A stretch of 64,000 nt of DNA from Porphyridium purpureum (Eukaryota), in assembly GCA_008690995.1 (NCBI GenBank), contig VRMN01000005.1, forward strand, positions 620,001-684,000. Direction: 5' to 3'. Within the stretch, counting starts at the first letter, position 1; each line of letters begins with the position of its first letter. The notes beneath the pieces are model-generated. The model did not search any database and was not told the DNA's origin. It saw only the letters and a program-made list of their open reading frames with translations. Of this stretch, positions 53,371 through 64,000 are shown piece after piece. Position numbers and translations under genes: made by a program.

Positions 53371-55542
53371 TCACTGTGCGAGCATCGCTTCCACTGGTCG
53401 AGCATTCGCACTGGCTTTAGCGTCCGAGTCTTGTTTGGTAAGCTCGCGAATAAACATTGTCGCGTACGCGGCCGGACGCAACGTGAAATTGAGGATCAGA
53501 GCAAGCCGCTCTGGGCCTGCTGTCATGTCGCCGCCTGGGGCCGAATCTACTGGTACGCTCGTTGCGCTCATGGTGACAGCTGCGCGCGACGCTGATGTGG
53601 GCACTTGAACGGGCAGCTCCGTAGAAATCAGGTCCACCTTTTCGTTGCAGTATGTCACAAAGTCAAACTGCACGTCTTGAGCGAACGAGAGCAATCGCCG
53701 ATACGATCCAATCAAATTAAACTCTGTGACGGCCGAGTTGGCCGCACTCAAGTCGACCTTATGCTTCTCCAAGAGGGCACTGAGCGCTTCACCCACTTCG
53801 CCTGCAGGTCGAAGCACGTCGTAGCCGACCATGGGAAGCACCACCTGATGAATCGAGATTTGATTTCTCTCGTCGGGCTGCACCACGCGCACCTGCGCAC
53901 GAAAGCTCAGGTCGACCTCAAAACTCGATGCCACATCCAAGTCACCAACCTTGTTCGCAACAACAAGGTCACCAGGCTCGGCATACTCGCGGCAGCGCCC
54001 GGGCTGCATCCGCACCGTCGCCATCGAGTTCCACAGAAAGCTTTGCACAGCATGCACATACATTTTTCTTAAATTAAAGGGAATCGCCGAGAAGGCGGCT
54101 TTGTGGTCCACGATGCCTCCTTGTTTGCTGTAGCTCTCCAAGAGGCGTTTTTCGAGACCGCCGTTGCCTCGGCACGCAGGAAGTGTGCGCAGCGCTTCTT
54201 GCGCAGAAATGGTGTTGTCAAGAAAAGAATGCATCACCTTCAGCTTTGCTTCGCGCTCGGGATATATTTGCTTCGATGGATCACCGTCAGTTGGGTCAAA
54301 TGGCGTCATGATCATCCGGCAAGCCTTTGCAAAATCATTGCGGAGCACTTCAAAGCCAATCACATGTGTGGCGTATGCGCCCGACCCGAAGCGCTGCAAG
54401 CCAAAATAGTTGATGAAGCCACGCGTGGACACATTCCTGATGGCGCGCTCAATAGTGCTGCGCAAATGCGGCACATCGTCTTCGGACTTTTCTCGACCAC
54501 TCAGCGCTCGCAGCACAATGGTGAACTTGTTTCCCAGCAGATCCCCCAACGCCAGTCGCCCTGTCTTGGCTAGGTTCGCATTCCCGACACGTGCGTCTCG
54601 CAAGGCGCCGTTCAACTGCAAGATGCGTTCCGGGCTGAAGCCTCGGACCACTACGAACTGGAACGTGATGGCGCGCTTGTCCTTTGTGCCCGCCGTCGAA
54701 AGCCGCGACACCGGCACATTGAGAAGCTTTGCCACGCTGCACAACACGTCGTGAGTGTCTCGATTTCGTTTTGCAAGCACAAATTCAACATCTGCCACAT
54801 GATAATTGACCCGCTTGGACACACGATCCGTTCCCGGGTCAGATGAATCTGGCTTGCGCTTGCGCTGCGCCGACGTCTGGAAAGTCACCAAGATGCGCTT
54901 CACCCCACCGTGTTCTTGGACTGCGCTGTCGAGCTGAGCGTGAGCTTCGCGAACTGCCAGATGCAGCGCCCTGCGAAAGGCTTTGTCGTCGATCTTGTCC
55001 ACACCTTCAATCACCACGAACCGAGTCTTGGATTCCGCGTGCGCTCCGTCTCGCGCGAGCTCAGCCAGCTGTAAGGCTCGCTCGACTCCAATCAGCTCTG
55101 CGAGCTGGGCATCTGGTTCTAGCCGCATTCCTTGAACTGCTTTCCCGTCGTCGCGGGCCGCAGCCGCATTGCGCGGCGATGCAGCTGGCATGTCAATCGA
55201 CACGGCGTCAGCACATGCATGATTAACTGAAGCACCTTCGCTGTGTCCCGGCTGCGAGCCGCTACCCTTACAATTTTCGTCACCATCCTGATCCTCTTGA
55301 TCGGCGCGCGGCGCAGCAGGCTTGCCAGGCTGTGGCACATCTCCGCCTGCCTGCGGTGAAGCGGGAGCCGGTGCTGGTACTAGTGCGGGTGCCGGGGCCA
55401 GAGCAGGGAGCGCGGCGACGCGGCCGTCTGGCGCGATCTCGCGCACAACAAAGTCTGCAAACCTGTCGCGGACCAGCGCACTGAACGGCTCGTGGTCGCT
55501 CACGAACGCCACAATGCCGACTCCAGCCTCCTCCACGTTCAT
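53371..55542 (-). CDS. PUS7: TruD/Pus7 pseudouridine synthase
   Basis: DFVVREI, AGTKDKRAITFQ, LGDLLGNKFTIVLR, GFINYFGLQRFG, YVHAVQSFLWN and YATMFIREL. Confidence 0.95.
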   Translation of the reverse strand: MNVEEAGVGIVAFVSDHEPFSALVRDRFADFVVREIAPDGRVAALPALAPAPALVPAPAPASPQAGGDVPQPGKPAAPRADQEDQDGDENCKGSGSQPGHSEGASVNHACADAVSIDMPAASPRNAAAARDDGKAVQGMRLEPDAQLAELIGVERALQLAELARDGAHAESKTRFVVIEGVDKIDDKAFRRALHLAVREAHAQLDSAVQEHGGVKRILVTFQTSAQRKRKPDSSDPGTDRVSKRVNYHVADVEFVLAKRNRDTHDVLCSVAKLLNVPVSRLSTAGTKDKRAITFQFVVVRGFSPERILQLNGALRDARVGNANLAKTGRLALGDLLGNKFTIVLRALSGREKSEDDVPHLRSTIERAIRNVSTRGFINYFGLQRFGSGAYATHVIGFEVLRNDFAKACRMIMTPFDPTDGDPSKQIYPEREAKLKVMHSFLDNTISAQEALRTLPACRGNGGLEKRLLESYSKQGGIVDHKAAFSAIPFNLRKMYVHAVQSFLWNSMATVRMQPGRCREYAEPGDLVVANKVGDLDVASSFEVDLSFRAQVRVVQPDERNQISIHQVVLPMVGYDVLRPAGEVGEALSALLEKHKVDLSAANSAVTEFNLIGSYRRLLSFAQDVQFDFVTYCNEKVDLISTELPVQVPTSASRAAVTMSATSVPVDSAPGGDMTAGPERLALILNFTLRPAAYATMFIRELTKQDSDAKASANARPVEAMLAQ

Positions 55543-55960
55543 CTCATCGCCGCTCTGCCGTCGATCTCCGACTACTGCCGAGTGCGCCGCCAGTCGCCGG
55601 CGTCGGTACTCAGAGTCACCAGAAGCACGCCGGTTGAAGGACGATCCAGCGTAGCGGTTAGGAACCGTTCAGAGTAACGGTTCGTGACCATCCTAAGCAC
55701 ACTTTGGTGAACGTTTCGACGGGCTTTGCTGGCTGTTTCGGGCAAGATGAGGCCACGCATGTCGCGCCGGAGTGCGGATACAAAATGCGGCCGCGGGCGA
55801 GGCTTCGGGCTCGGACGCTGTAGTCAGAAAGCAAGGAGCGCCTTTTGTGTAGAGCAGTTTTCAGAGCAAGCTATAAAATAAAAGATGGTTCGGTTTGATA
55901 CGTTGGAGACCACTCCTTCCCCAAAATACAGTGGCATCATCGCTTTGGGTACGAGACAAG

Positions 55961-56419
55961 ATGGAGGCATTCACGCGTCTAATGGTGCGGCCAGGGCCCG
56001 TTGATTTGGCGCAAATGTTGCGCCTAGACGTTTACGATAAAGAGCGAGACGCGCTGACCACTAGGACGTGGTCGTTTTGCGCGCATGAGGGTGTTTACAT
56101 TCCGTTCCGTGGCGCGGCGGTAGCTGCGGTGGCGGCTGCACCAGCAGCGCCAGCGGCCGCAGGGCCTGCACGGCCTGGGGATGGGCTTCACAGTGAGGCT
56201 GAGTTAAAGGCAGTCAGGACGGCCGCGGCGTATTTACCCGGACCGGCGCTGACTTGATGGATCACGACAACTACGCAGTTTGCCGCTCCGGCGAGCTGGG
56301 ATGAATTCTTGGCTACTGTGGAGGCCACTTTTATGCTGCCACATGTAGCGCGCGCCACCCGTGACACGCTGGCTAGTTTGAAGCAGTCTGGCTCCTTTGA
56401 GGTATATGCAAACACTTAA
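55961..56419 (+). pseudogene. decayed Ty3/gypsy-type retrotransposon gag
   Basis: YDKERD..RTWSF, AAAYLPGPALT*W (TGA where WW is expected) and SWDEFLATVEATF...RDTLASLKQSGSFEVY, read through the stop at 56255-56257. Confidence 0.8.
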
Positions 56420-56780
56420 AACGGTCCGTAGTCACCGGCCCAGCGTACCGGTAAGCAAGTAAAGACAAGCCGCTTGCATGACGGCAATGTTCAAACATGG
56501 GTGCATCAAGCGATGCGCAAGTGGCGCTCGCGCGCTTTTACCCGATGCAGGCGCAATGACTGTGAATACGACGGACCCGAACAGGCAATACAGCCGTTGC
56601 GGCCCGAGGGGTTCGGCCTGCAGGCGGTCGGCGATGTATCTCTGCCCTGAGGGGTATAAGATAAAAGTCCATCTTCGCGTGGTGCAAGGATTCTTAGAAA
56701 AAGAGAGGCAAGTGAAGCAAGAGACAGCTAGCAGCGGTTAAATAGTAACACATCTATTCAGCTGGTGGTTGCTCTCTTTG

Positions 56781-57070
56781 TGTTACCAATGCTGTGTCTT
56801 TTTCTCTGCTTCTTACCTCTTCTTTCTCCGAGCAAGACCTGATCGGCTAGTCCGGGCAGGCGCGTCGCCTTTTTATACCCTTACTTCCGCTAGGGACAGC
56901 AAGGCGCCAAGAGAAATGACAATGCAAATCATTGGCATTTCTGCGCACGTCTAGAAGGTTCTGGAACCTCTAGAAGCTTCTAGAAACGGTTAAACGGTCT
57001 ACCAGTTTAATGGCTTACCGGTTTCGGATTAACCGAACCGTTCTAGGTGACTCGGGTCGAACGGAAAACA
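56781..57070 (-). mobile_element. LTR-like segment with TATA box and heat-shock elements
   Basis: TGTT...AACA ends, minus-strand TATAAAAA at 56870-56877 and HSE arrays upstream; next to a gag remnant. No TSD found, so boundaries are uncertain. Confidence 0.5.
56953..56986. promoter_or_regulatory. two perfect 3-unit heat-shock elements
   Basis: AGAAG-GTTCT-GGAAC (56953-56967) and AGAAG-CTTCT-AGAAA (56972-56986) each equal nGAAnnTTCnnGAAn. Confidence 0.75.
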
Positions 57071-57071
57071 G

Positions 57072-57689
57072 TCTTGCTCCCTATTCGGGTATCGTGGAAA
57101 GTATACACCGTATCTGAGATATCTCGGGATGGAACAAAACATCCTCGGAGTGTTTGCGTCGCTTCCCGACTACGGCGTTCCGCCACGATATCGTGATGGA
57201 GAAACGCTTGGACGGCACATTCGCGGCTGTCTGCTGCGCTTCGTTCGCGACAATATTGTTCTTCCCTTGCAAGGACGGGGTATATCGATGCAAAACATTA
57301 GCATTGACATTCGGCACACGCTGCGCACGCTGTACTGGGGCGGTCGCAAGGAAACATATGAGTGTCGTAGAAAAAGCGATGGTGGGAAGCGCTACGATAT
57401 CGTTGCAGTAACACCAGAATCTGGTTGTCCCCGTCCCTGTATTGGCGAGCTGCTACTGTTCTTGAAGATATCGTACACAACGTGTCCTGTCAATGTGCAG
57501 GCAGCAGAGTATCCAAACGCGCGAATGACGGTCGAGCACAATCCAACAGAGTGGAATGTCGCTGTGATATCACCGTGGAACTTGTGTGCGTTGGATAACT
57601 GCTACTGCAATATTGCCTCACCGGTGTTGCATCATTTGGTTGCGGATGATACCCTCGATAATCTGCTCTGCATCCAGTCCGCGTGTTGA
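57072..57689 (+). pseudogene. 5'-truncated C-terminal fragment of a Plavaka/CMC-like transposase
   Basis: GKRYDIVAV...CIGELLLFLKI...VAVISPW resembles the RxDxVxV..(A/G)xxxLFF..AxVxW tail of these transposases; the frame is open back to the LTR-like edge. Confidence 0.5.
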
Positions 57690-57720
57690 AATTTGGTCCC
57701 CTCTCGACTTTAGGATACGA

Positions 57721-57842
57721 CCGGGAAAAACTACTGGAAAAGCTCTTGGAAAAACTATTTTCTGTTGCTTACACCAGCTTTCGGGCGGAGAAGAGATTTT
57801 CCGGGAGCTTTTCCAAGAGTTTTTCCAGGACTTTTTCCACGG
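57721..57842. repeat. imperfect inverted repeat built of 12-bp TGGAAAARCT units
   Basis: 57721-57756 aligns with the reverse complement of 57806-57842 with few mismatches. Confidence 0.85.
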
Positions 57843-57987
57843 CTCTCATTACATTCCGGCATTCCAAGATCTGGAAGTTCTTTTGACAGCCATTTCAAGC
57901 TTCCATAAATTACACGTGAGAATTCCCATACTTTGTAACCGAAATACTCAACGGTTACTTTTTATTTTCGCTGCAGAAATGAAGCAT

Positions 57988-60033
57988 CTAAAGGAAATTT
58001 GCAAAACAGTCATCGTCGTCGTCGTATTCGTTGCGCGTCTTCGAGGGCAAGGGAATGCTCAACGCTTTATCAGTGAGGACATGGATCAGCGTTTGCTTCC
58101 CGAAAGCTATCACGGCTTCCCATATGCCTCGGCAAAGTACTTCGACGTCGTCCGTATCCGTATTCGTGCATGCCATCTTGTACTGTGGCAGAATCTGCGG
58201 TAAAGCGGCGATGATGTTTCGGAGATAGAGTTTGAGAAAGTTTGCGTCGAATAAGGCTTTTCGTTGCTCGAGCAGTCGTCGCTTGCTGTCGTCGACGAGA
58301 CATGGATCAAAACCATCGCTTCTAGAGCCACGGGTGTATAAAATCGCCGACGATGGGAACGGTTTTCCCCACTGACCTGGTAGCGATCCCGAATTCAGCG
58401 TCTTCATCGCTCTGTGCAGCGTCATACTTGATTGCTGCATGGACTTGAGAAAGTCGATGATGCCTGTGTATGTGTCGGTAAAGAGCGCTGGTTTGTTAGG
58501 ATGCAAAACGCAGTTAGTTCATCGCATGGGTTTGAGTGTCTGGAAGTGCGTCAGCAATCGACGTGTCCGTAAATGGAGCGGACTGTCTTCGACTTGAGAT
58601 TCGTTAATCAGACATGCCGGTTCGTTGGAAGCATGGTTGCAGGACAGCATATACGAGAGAATAGTCGACGTCGCTTGTTCGAAGTGTCGATTTGCTGCAG
58701 ATTCGGATATCAAGATGCTTTCGAAATGTTCCGGTGTCCATCGTTACTCTGATTGGTCATTTTCGCATGACGTTATGGGTTGGAGCGAGCAGATCGTCGC
58801 ATATAGCACTGCGTATATGCGCAATCCGGTTGCGATCAGTTCGACGAATACCCAGGAATGCACGTCCTTGAACTCGCTGATATCGATGACGCCCAGGTCT
58901 TTGAGCGCATTCGGAATATGTTTGATGGGAAACGCCGCTGGGTTCAGGAAAACGGACCAAGCTTGATGCCCGATGAGACATCGTGTCATGCTTCGAACAA
59001 GAATTTTTCTTTGTAGCTCTGGTGACATATTCATTGCGTCGAGGGACTTCAGGAAATCGTACGTCAAGTCAGCGCAAGCACCTGCGTCGTCTGGAAATGC
59101 TGTATCCTTCAATTATCCAGCGAAGTCATGTGATAGCATATCATTGCCAGCCAGCGGGGCGAGAAGCGAGACGCCGATGAATAAGTATCGCCGGATCGTA
59201 GTGTAGGTCAACGTCAAAGCTCGTTCACGCGCTGCTTTCAATTCGAGGATGTGCGATGAACTCAGCTTAGTCATGCACTTTGAAATGTACGCGCAGGCGA
59301 AGCCATTGGTGGACGGGGATGTGTTAGACGTGTAGTAATCCGTATACCATGCGTTCGTCTGTTGTGTCTGTGGTACTCCAACGTTGCGTCCATGGTCCGT
59401 ACCGCGCGTCTCATTGAGAGCGGTATCTCGGATTCCCATCGGATGATCATTGTCGACATGGTTGGGCGCCGCGCGCTTGGGGTCGCGCATCGCTGCAAAT
59501 GAATCCATCGCTGCCAAACACTCTTCCGTAATTGTCAAAGGCATCAGCGGCGCCGTCCCTTGTCGAAAAAATCTCACGAGGTCAAGATCACATATACTTC
59601 CTTTGGTATACGGCTTCTGTGTCACGTTGCGCTTCTTCAATTTAGATGTCTGCTTGGTCATCGAAGTATTCATCGAAATATTCATCGAGTAGGTCTTTGC
59701 GCGGATCCCGGTGGGGCTTTTTGATTCAGGGCATACTATTCGCGCAGTGGTTGCCGTCGGGTAAACTGTTTCGAAGCTGATGTCCTGAGTCGCATCCGAT
59801 GGCGTAAAACATATGCGATCGACGGGGTTAATGGGCAGCTGTGCATTGAGGCCTTCGCCAGTCGTCGTTGGCTGCATCACGGTGGTTTCGCTTTCATACA
59901 AAAACGACGCAACGGTTTCCATGGATGTAACATAAGCATCCACATTACTGTCCGGGAACGTGTTCGATGCTGCCGCGCCAGTTTTCAGACTTATGAATGG
60001 ATCTTGTTCCTCGACTTCCGTCGTTGTATTCAT
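57988..60033 (-). pseudogene. 682-codon frame of unknown function broken by three in-frame stops
   Basis: ORFs 59113-60246, 58744-59112, 58519-58713 and 57988-58506 share one frame and are separated only by single TAA, TAA and TGA codons. Confidence 0.7.
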
Positions 60034-60766
60034 CGCTGCTGTTTGTGCGTACGTCGGTGCTATTCGGGTTTCGCAATTGCGTTCACCGGCTCGACACTTC
60101 TTTCTAGAAACATGTTTTCCGGCGCGTCCGCGCAGACCTGGAGGGCGCGGGTTTGGTCCCATGTGACAGCGAGTTCTTCCAGTTCTCTTCGCAGCTGATA
60201 TGCACGTGTAATCGCAACCACCGCAGATATTTCGTCGATGCCACAAGCTGGTCTCCGATCCGTGTCTCGTTCAATGCGCCAAAGTGTCGCGTCATCGACT
60301 ACACGCAGGCCACCCAGACTTCGCGGCTCGCCAGATGACTCCTCGTGATGAATCGTCGTATTTGTACGTCAACCCACACCTTCCTCAGCAACACATCCCG
60401 CACCCGAGCCACAGCATGAAACGCCGATCGCTGCGCGCCGCAAACCGCCGAGCACTGCCCGCCGCAAACCGTTCGACAAGCCGCTCCACACCCCGTTTCG
60501 CAAGCGGCAACACGCTACACCACCAACTCTTCCGCTTCTCAACTTTGTCTTGACATGTCAAGTGTGAGCGCCAGCTTGCGTGCGGTTCTTGTATTTGAGC
60601 ATTTTTGGCGCGCTACGCTGGAAATGTGATCCTGCGGCGAAGTTTTCATGTGCATCTTCCGTGTAGTGTAACAGGTCTGCCGTGTGGGTTTATGGGGCAT
60701 CACATCAAAGCACGTTCGTTTTACTAGAAAGTGCTCGCTCAGGGTGAACGGCTAACGACTGTATGC

Positions 60767-61824
60767 ATGTCTGATGTATTGGCGTCTGTGCCCAAGTTGG
60801 ACGAAGGCGAGCAGTTTAGATCAACGGTGGTGTTGTCGCTGAGAAGGCTTCGTCCTTTACGCCATTCAGTCATGTCGGATAGAGAGGAAGTGGAGCAATT
60901 GCGGATGCAGCTCGCGATGGCGCTGAACGCCAATATTATTGCGCAAATACCAGCGAATTAAAGGCACGCGAGTATGCGCTGCACGCGATGATCACCGACT
61001 CCAAGCTTGCGTGTGTTGAGGCAGAACTGCATAGTCTGTGCAACGATGTCAATGAACTCATCGATATCTTGAAGCAGTGCGAGTGGCAGCGTGTATCGCT
61101 TCCGACGCCTCCGATGGAGCCCCCTGTAAAGTATCCCACCGAGTCAAGCTTTCACGCAGAACTGGTCTGGCTACGTGCATCGATGGTCAATGCACAGCAA
61201 GGTTTGACTGGCTTCTTGGCTGGAGTCGACTGTGCGTACACGGGATGTAAGGAGAAGCATAGTGTACCTGAGCTGGTGATGGAGGAATGGCCAGAGAAGA
61301 ATGCGGACGGTTGGCCAGCGAGGGTTGAGCGCATCGACGATGTACAATCACCGATCCCCGAGGCAATTCTATTGGAACATCCGGCGTTCGATATGCGATT
61401 GAAAACCAAAAACCATCGGATCAGTCACGTGTATGTGCGCTTCGAAGGTCGGCCCTTGACAGTTGAGCTTGTTGGGGCTCGTGCTCTGCCAGACGTCAAC
61501 GTGATCTGGAGCAAATTGTCATCGTACTTACTGGTCCGCTGGAATATCAAAGGTTCATGCCGTTATCCTTGGCCTGATTATTCGTGGGTTGCTCAGGATA
61601 AGATTCGCGGAGTGTTCGAATGTTACGAGGCCACGTACGGTTCTGCTTGTATCAGGTTTGGATTATCGAAGCGCTCTGCCGATGCAGCTATGGATGCTCC
61701 TCTGGCGTGCTCGCGTGACTGTGTCAGCGGATCCTGTCGCAGACGCGGCCGCGTGGCGGCCGACTTGATCACTGATTGCAGACGTGCGCACGATTACTTA
61801 CTTCAGGCAACGCATGGCCTTTAG
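60767..61824 (+). pseudogene. frameshifted ORF with coiled coil and possible chromo-like segment
   Basis: ORFs 60731-60961 and 60988-61824 adjoin in different frames. YLLVRW....DYSWV weakly resembles a chromodomain. Confidence 0.4.
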
Positions 61825-62660
61825 CGATATGGAACATTTACATTCCATTCAACGTCACATAAACCAGCGATGTTTGCACTCCGGAGCAGTTCGCGGTTCA
61901 GATCCCTCGGCATTCGCTCAGTCCTCTGCATCGCTACTTTCCTCCTCTCCAGAACCGCTGGCCTCCACACTCTAAGTGCTCTCCTCAGACGACGACGTTT
62001 TCTCATGCGTTGCACTTGTGCCGAGCGCTGATTTTGATGCTTCACTCTCAGCGATTTTCTTTTCTCTTTCACCGCGACACAGAGTGTGGACGCTATACAC
62101 CACTGTGCACTAATACTACTGCCAAATACCCACAACTGAACAGAGGAATCAAATGCGCGGGAAAAAAGTATTCTCCCAGTAAATACACGCCGATAACTGC
62201 AAGTATGATTCTAAGCTAGATCACACGGAAAGACGGAAGCGCCTTACTTCTCCACTCGATTCCTGGGTCAAATGTCGAGAAATAATGACACTTTCCAGAT
62301 TGTGACTGCTTCTAAGCGTGGCTTCCTTTCGAACCCAATGCCCAGCCGCCGCGCCCAAATACTGGCTCTCTCGCCGGAACCTGCTCTACCACCGCGGCCC
62401 TGTATTCGAAGCCCCACTCTGCCGCTTCGTATGCTATGCACTTACACCATCAGTGCTGGTCAGCTCAAGAGGCTCAGTCTGATCCTTTGCATCCATCGTA
62501 AATTTGACCCTTTCAAAATCTCAAAGTCTAGCCAAGCATTCCCATATTGCACGTATTGTGAAACTACGCCATTTTAGTAATAATATTTGAATAGTGCGGT
62601 GATGTAATGCACACCAACAACTTGAAGAAAATAGCGTCAACTTAGACGCACGCGAAGAAA

Positions 62661-62770
62661 GGGTCGGACGAGTGGGTCGGACGAGTGGGCCGGACGATAG
62701 GACGGGACGAGTGGGCCGGACGATAGGACGGGACGAGTGGGCCGGACGAGAGGACGAGACGATTGGACGG
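62661..62770. repeat. 13/26-bp GGACG-core tandem array
   Basis: GGGTCGGACGAGT x2, then GGGCCGGACGATAGGACGGGACGAGT x2 and one variant copy. Confidence 0.9.
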
Positions 62771-62830
62771 CGCGAGGGGGCCGGGGAAGGGGGCCGTGCG
62801 AGGGGAGTTAAAGGGATTCGGCGCATAGGC

Positions 62831-64000
62831 ATGGATAGTCGTGAGAGCCTCGCCCACAAGCCGTGGCATCGTCGTCGAGAGAAACGATTACAATGCGATG
62901 GTGTCAACTGCGATTTTTCACCGCCTGAAGGACAAGGTTTATCTTACACTGCGCGGGTCCAAGTCATGCGAGAACACAAACTGTGCTGCAGACTGCGTGT
63001 ACGCACAGGGCGCATTCCATACGCGAATCTTCGACGGTCGACTGCTGTGTACGGTGGCCCATGCGATGACGATACACGCAGTGGAATTGACTTTGACGTC
63101 AGTGCCGGCATAGACAATCATGACGACAGCGCACGGGACAGCGACAATGACGGCGGTGATGACTTCGTGGACCCAGAAGAGCAGATTGAATCGGATGATG
63201 ATCTTGCTCTAGAGAATGACGCGGCAGACAATGATGAAGCCAACGAAGCAGAACGTATGGGACACGATGCAGCACAGATGAGCGATGCGTATCCTAGTCG
63301 AGAGATTGACGTCGAAACGCTTGTGACCCGTTATGCAAAGCGTTTTGAGAGATTACTCGACCAGAAGACTTTACGCCAGCGCCTACAACACCGCGACGAC
63401 AGCATCTCGAAGTACGTGCGCACGTTGACTGGCATAGGCTCATCGGAGAACATTGACATCGACGATGCAGTCGAAGTTCTAAGGTTTAAAAGTGAACAGG
63501 AGATGTTTATGCACAAGCACGCCATTTCCACTCGCGAAGCACTTGAACTAAAGTCGATGGAGATGCAGCTGTTACGCATCACTACTCGCACGACTCTTCG
63601 GTATATTACTCGAATAATCAGGCGTGCCTTTACGGATTTGAGAAGGAATCTATCGACCTGCGATGCATCTTTACTTGAGAAGGCCTTCTCTGTGATGCAA
63701 ACAAGTATCAACGAATCAGCTGCGGGTCTGGTTAAGCGAGCTTCGACCCTTCTTTTCACCCACAGATCTAAGCAATGCATATCGGATATCATCGGAAACA
63801 CAGTCATCGATGCTCAGGAGGCAATTATTGAATACGGCGCAGGGAAGACACTGCATGGGAAGATTTTACCTCGCAATGTGGTCCAAAAGATTCGCTTCCG
63901 TGAGCCAATGGAGCTCGCAGTAAATTCGGTTGTTTCCATCATCAGGGAATACGGTTTGGACGCCTTGAAAATCAATCTCTTCGAAGACCAACAGCGCAAG
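62831..64000 (+). CDS. open 390-codon ORF, partial: N-terminal C2HC finger, acidic tract, putative Plavaka/CMC-like transposase N-terminus
   Basis: Manual translation from ATG 62831 gives no stop before the window end. It contains LQCDGVNC...MREHKLCC, a D/E tract and KIRFREPMELAV. Confidence 0.7.
   Translation, partial: MDSRESLAHKPWHRRREKRLQCDGVNCDFSPPEGQGLSYTARVQVMREHKLCCRLRVRTGRIPYANLRRSTAVYGGPCDDDTRSGIDFDVSAGIDNHDDSARDSDNDGGDDFVDPEEQIESDDDLALENDAADNDEANEAERMGHDAAQMSDAYPSREIDVETLVTRYAKRFERLLDQKTLRQRLQHRDDSISKYVRTLTGIGSSENIDIDDAVEVLRFKSEQEMFMHKHAISTREALELKSMEMQLLRITTRTTLRYITRIIRRAFTDLRRNLSTCDASLLEKAFSVMQTSINESAAGLVKRASTLLFTHRSKQCISDIIGNTVIDAQEAIIEYGAGKTLHGKILPRNVVQKIRFREPMELAVNSVVSIIREYGLDALKINLFEDQQRK

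Larger units (their letters stand above)
62649..64000 (+). mobile_element. left end of an En/Spm (CMC/CACTA)-like DNA transposon, running off the window
   Basis: CACGCGAAGAAAG terminus, subterminal repeat array and a downstream transposase-like ORF. Confidence 0.6.

Noticed and set aside
55640..55740. Hairpin AACCGTT..AACGGTT suggesting a tRNA or ncRNA
   Set aside because: I could not build a cloverleaf or find properly spaced A/B boxes.
57988..60033. Stop-codon reassignment or readthrough to explain the in-frame stops
   Set aside because: The stops are of mixed type, and host genes use TAA, TAG and TGA normally; pseudogenisation is simpler.

Overview
Eukaryotic, GC-rich, almost intron-free and very gene-dense nuclear DNA. 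Plastid-targeted proteins (VTE3, Ycf20-like) and the gene style suggest a unicellular red alga such as Porphyridium; this is inferred, not verified. Positions 1-55.5 kb hold about 33 genes, mostly housekeeping: UXS, Mis18-like, LAMTOR2, MED20, glutathione reductase, a CAMK kinase, ADA2, CFIm68-like, POLD2, VTE3, eIF5A, MAD1 and PUS7. The most notable feature is a block of four membrane-anchored glycan-modifying enzymes at 7-14.4 kb (methyltransferase, GT31, two sulfotransferases), 5.5 kb from UDP-xylose synthase. This is a candidate sulfated/methylated polysaccharide locus. A second glycosyltransferase-like pair lies at 48.5-51.7 kb. From about 55.8 kb the window becomes nested mobile DNA: a decayed Ty3/gypsy gag, LTR-like segments with two perfect heat-shock elements, remnants of a multi-gene CMC/Plavaka-like DNA transposon, and the left end of an En/Spm-like element whose 390-codon open ORF is missing from the ORF track. 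All family calls come from motif recognition by eye; no searches were run.
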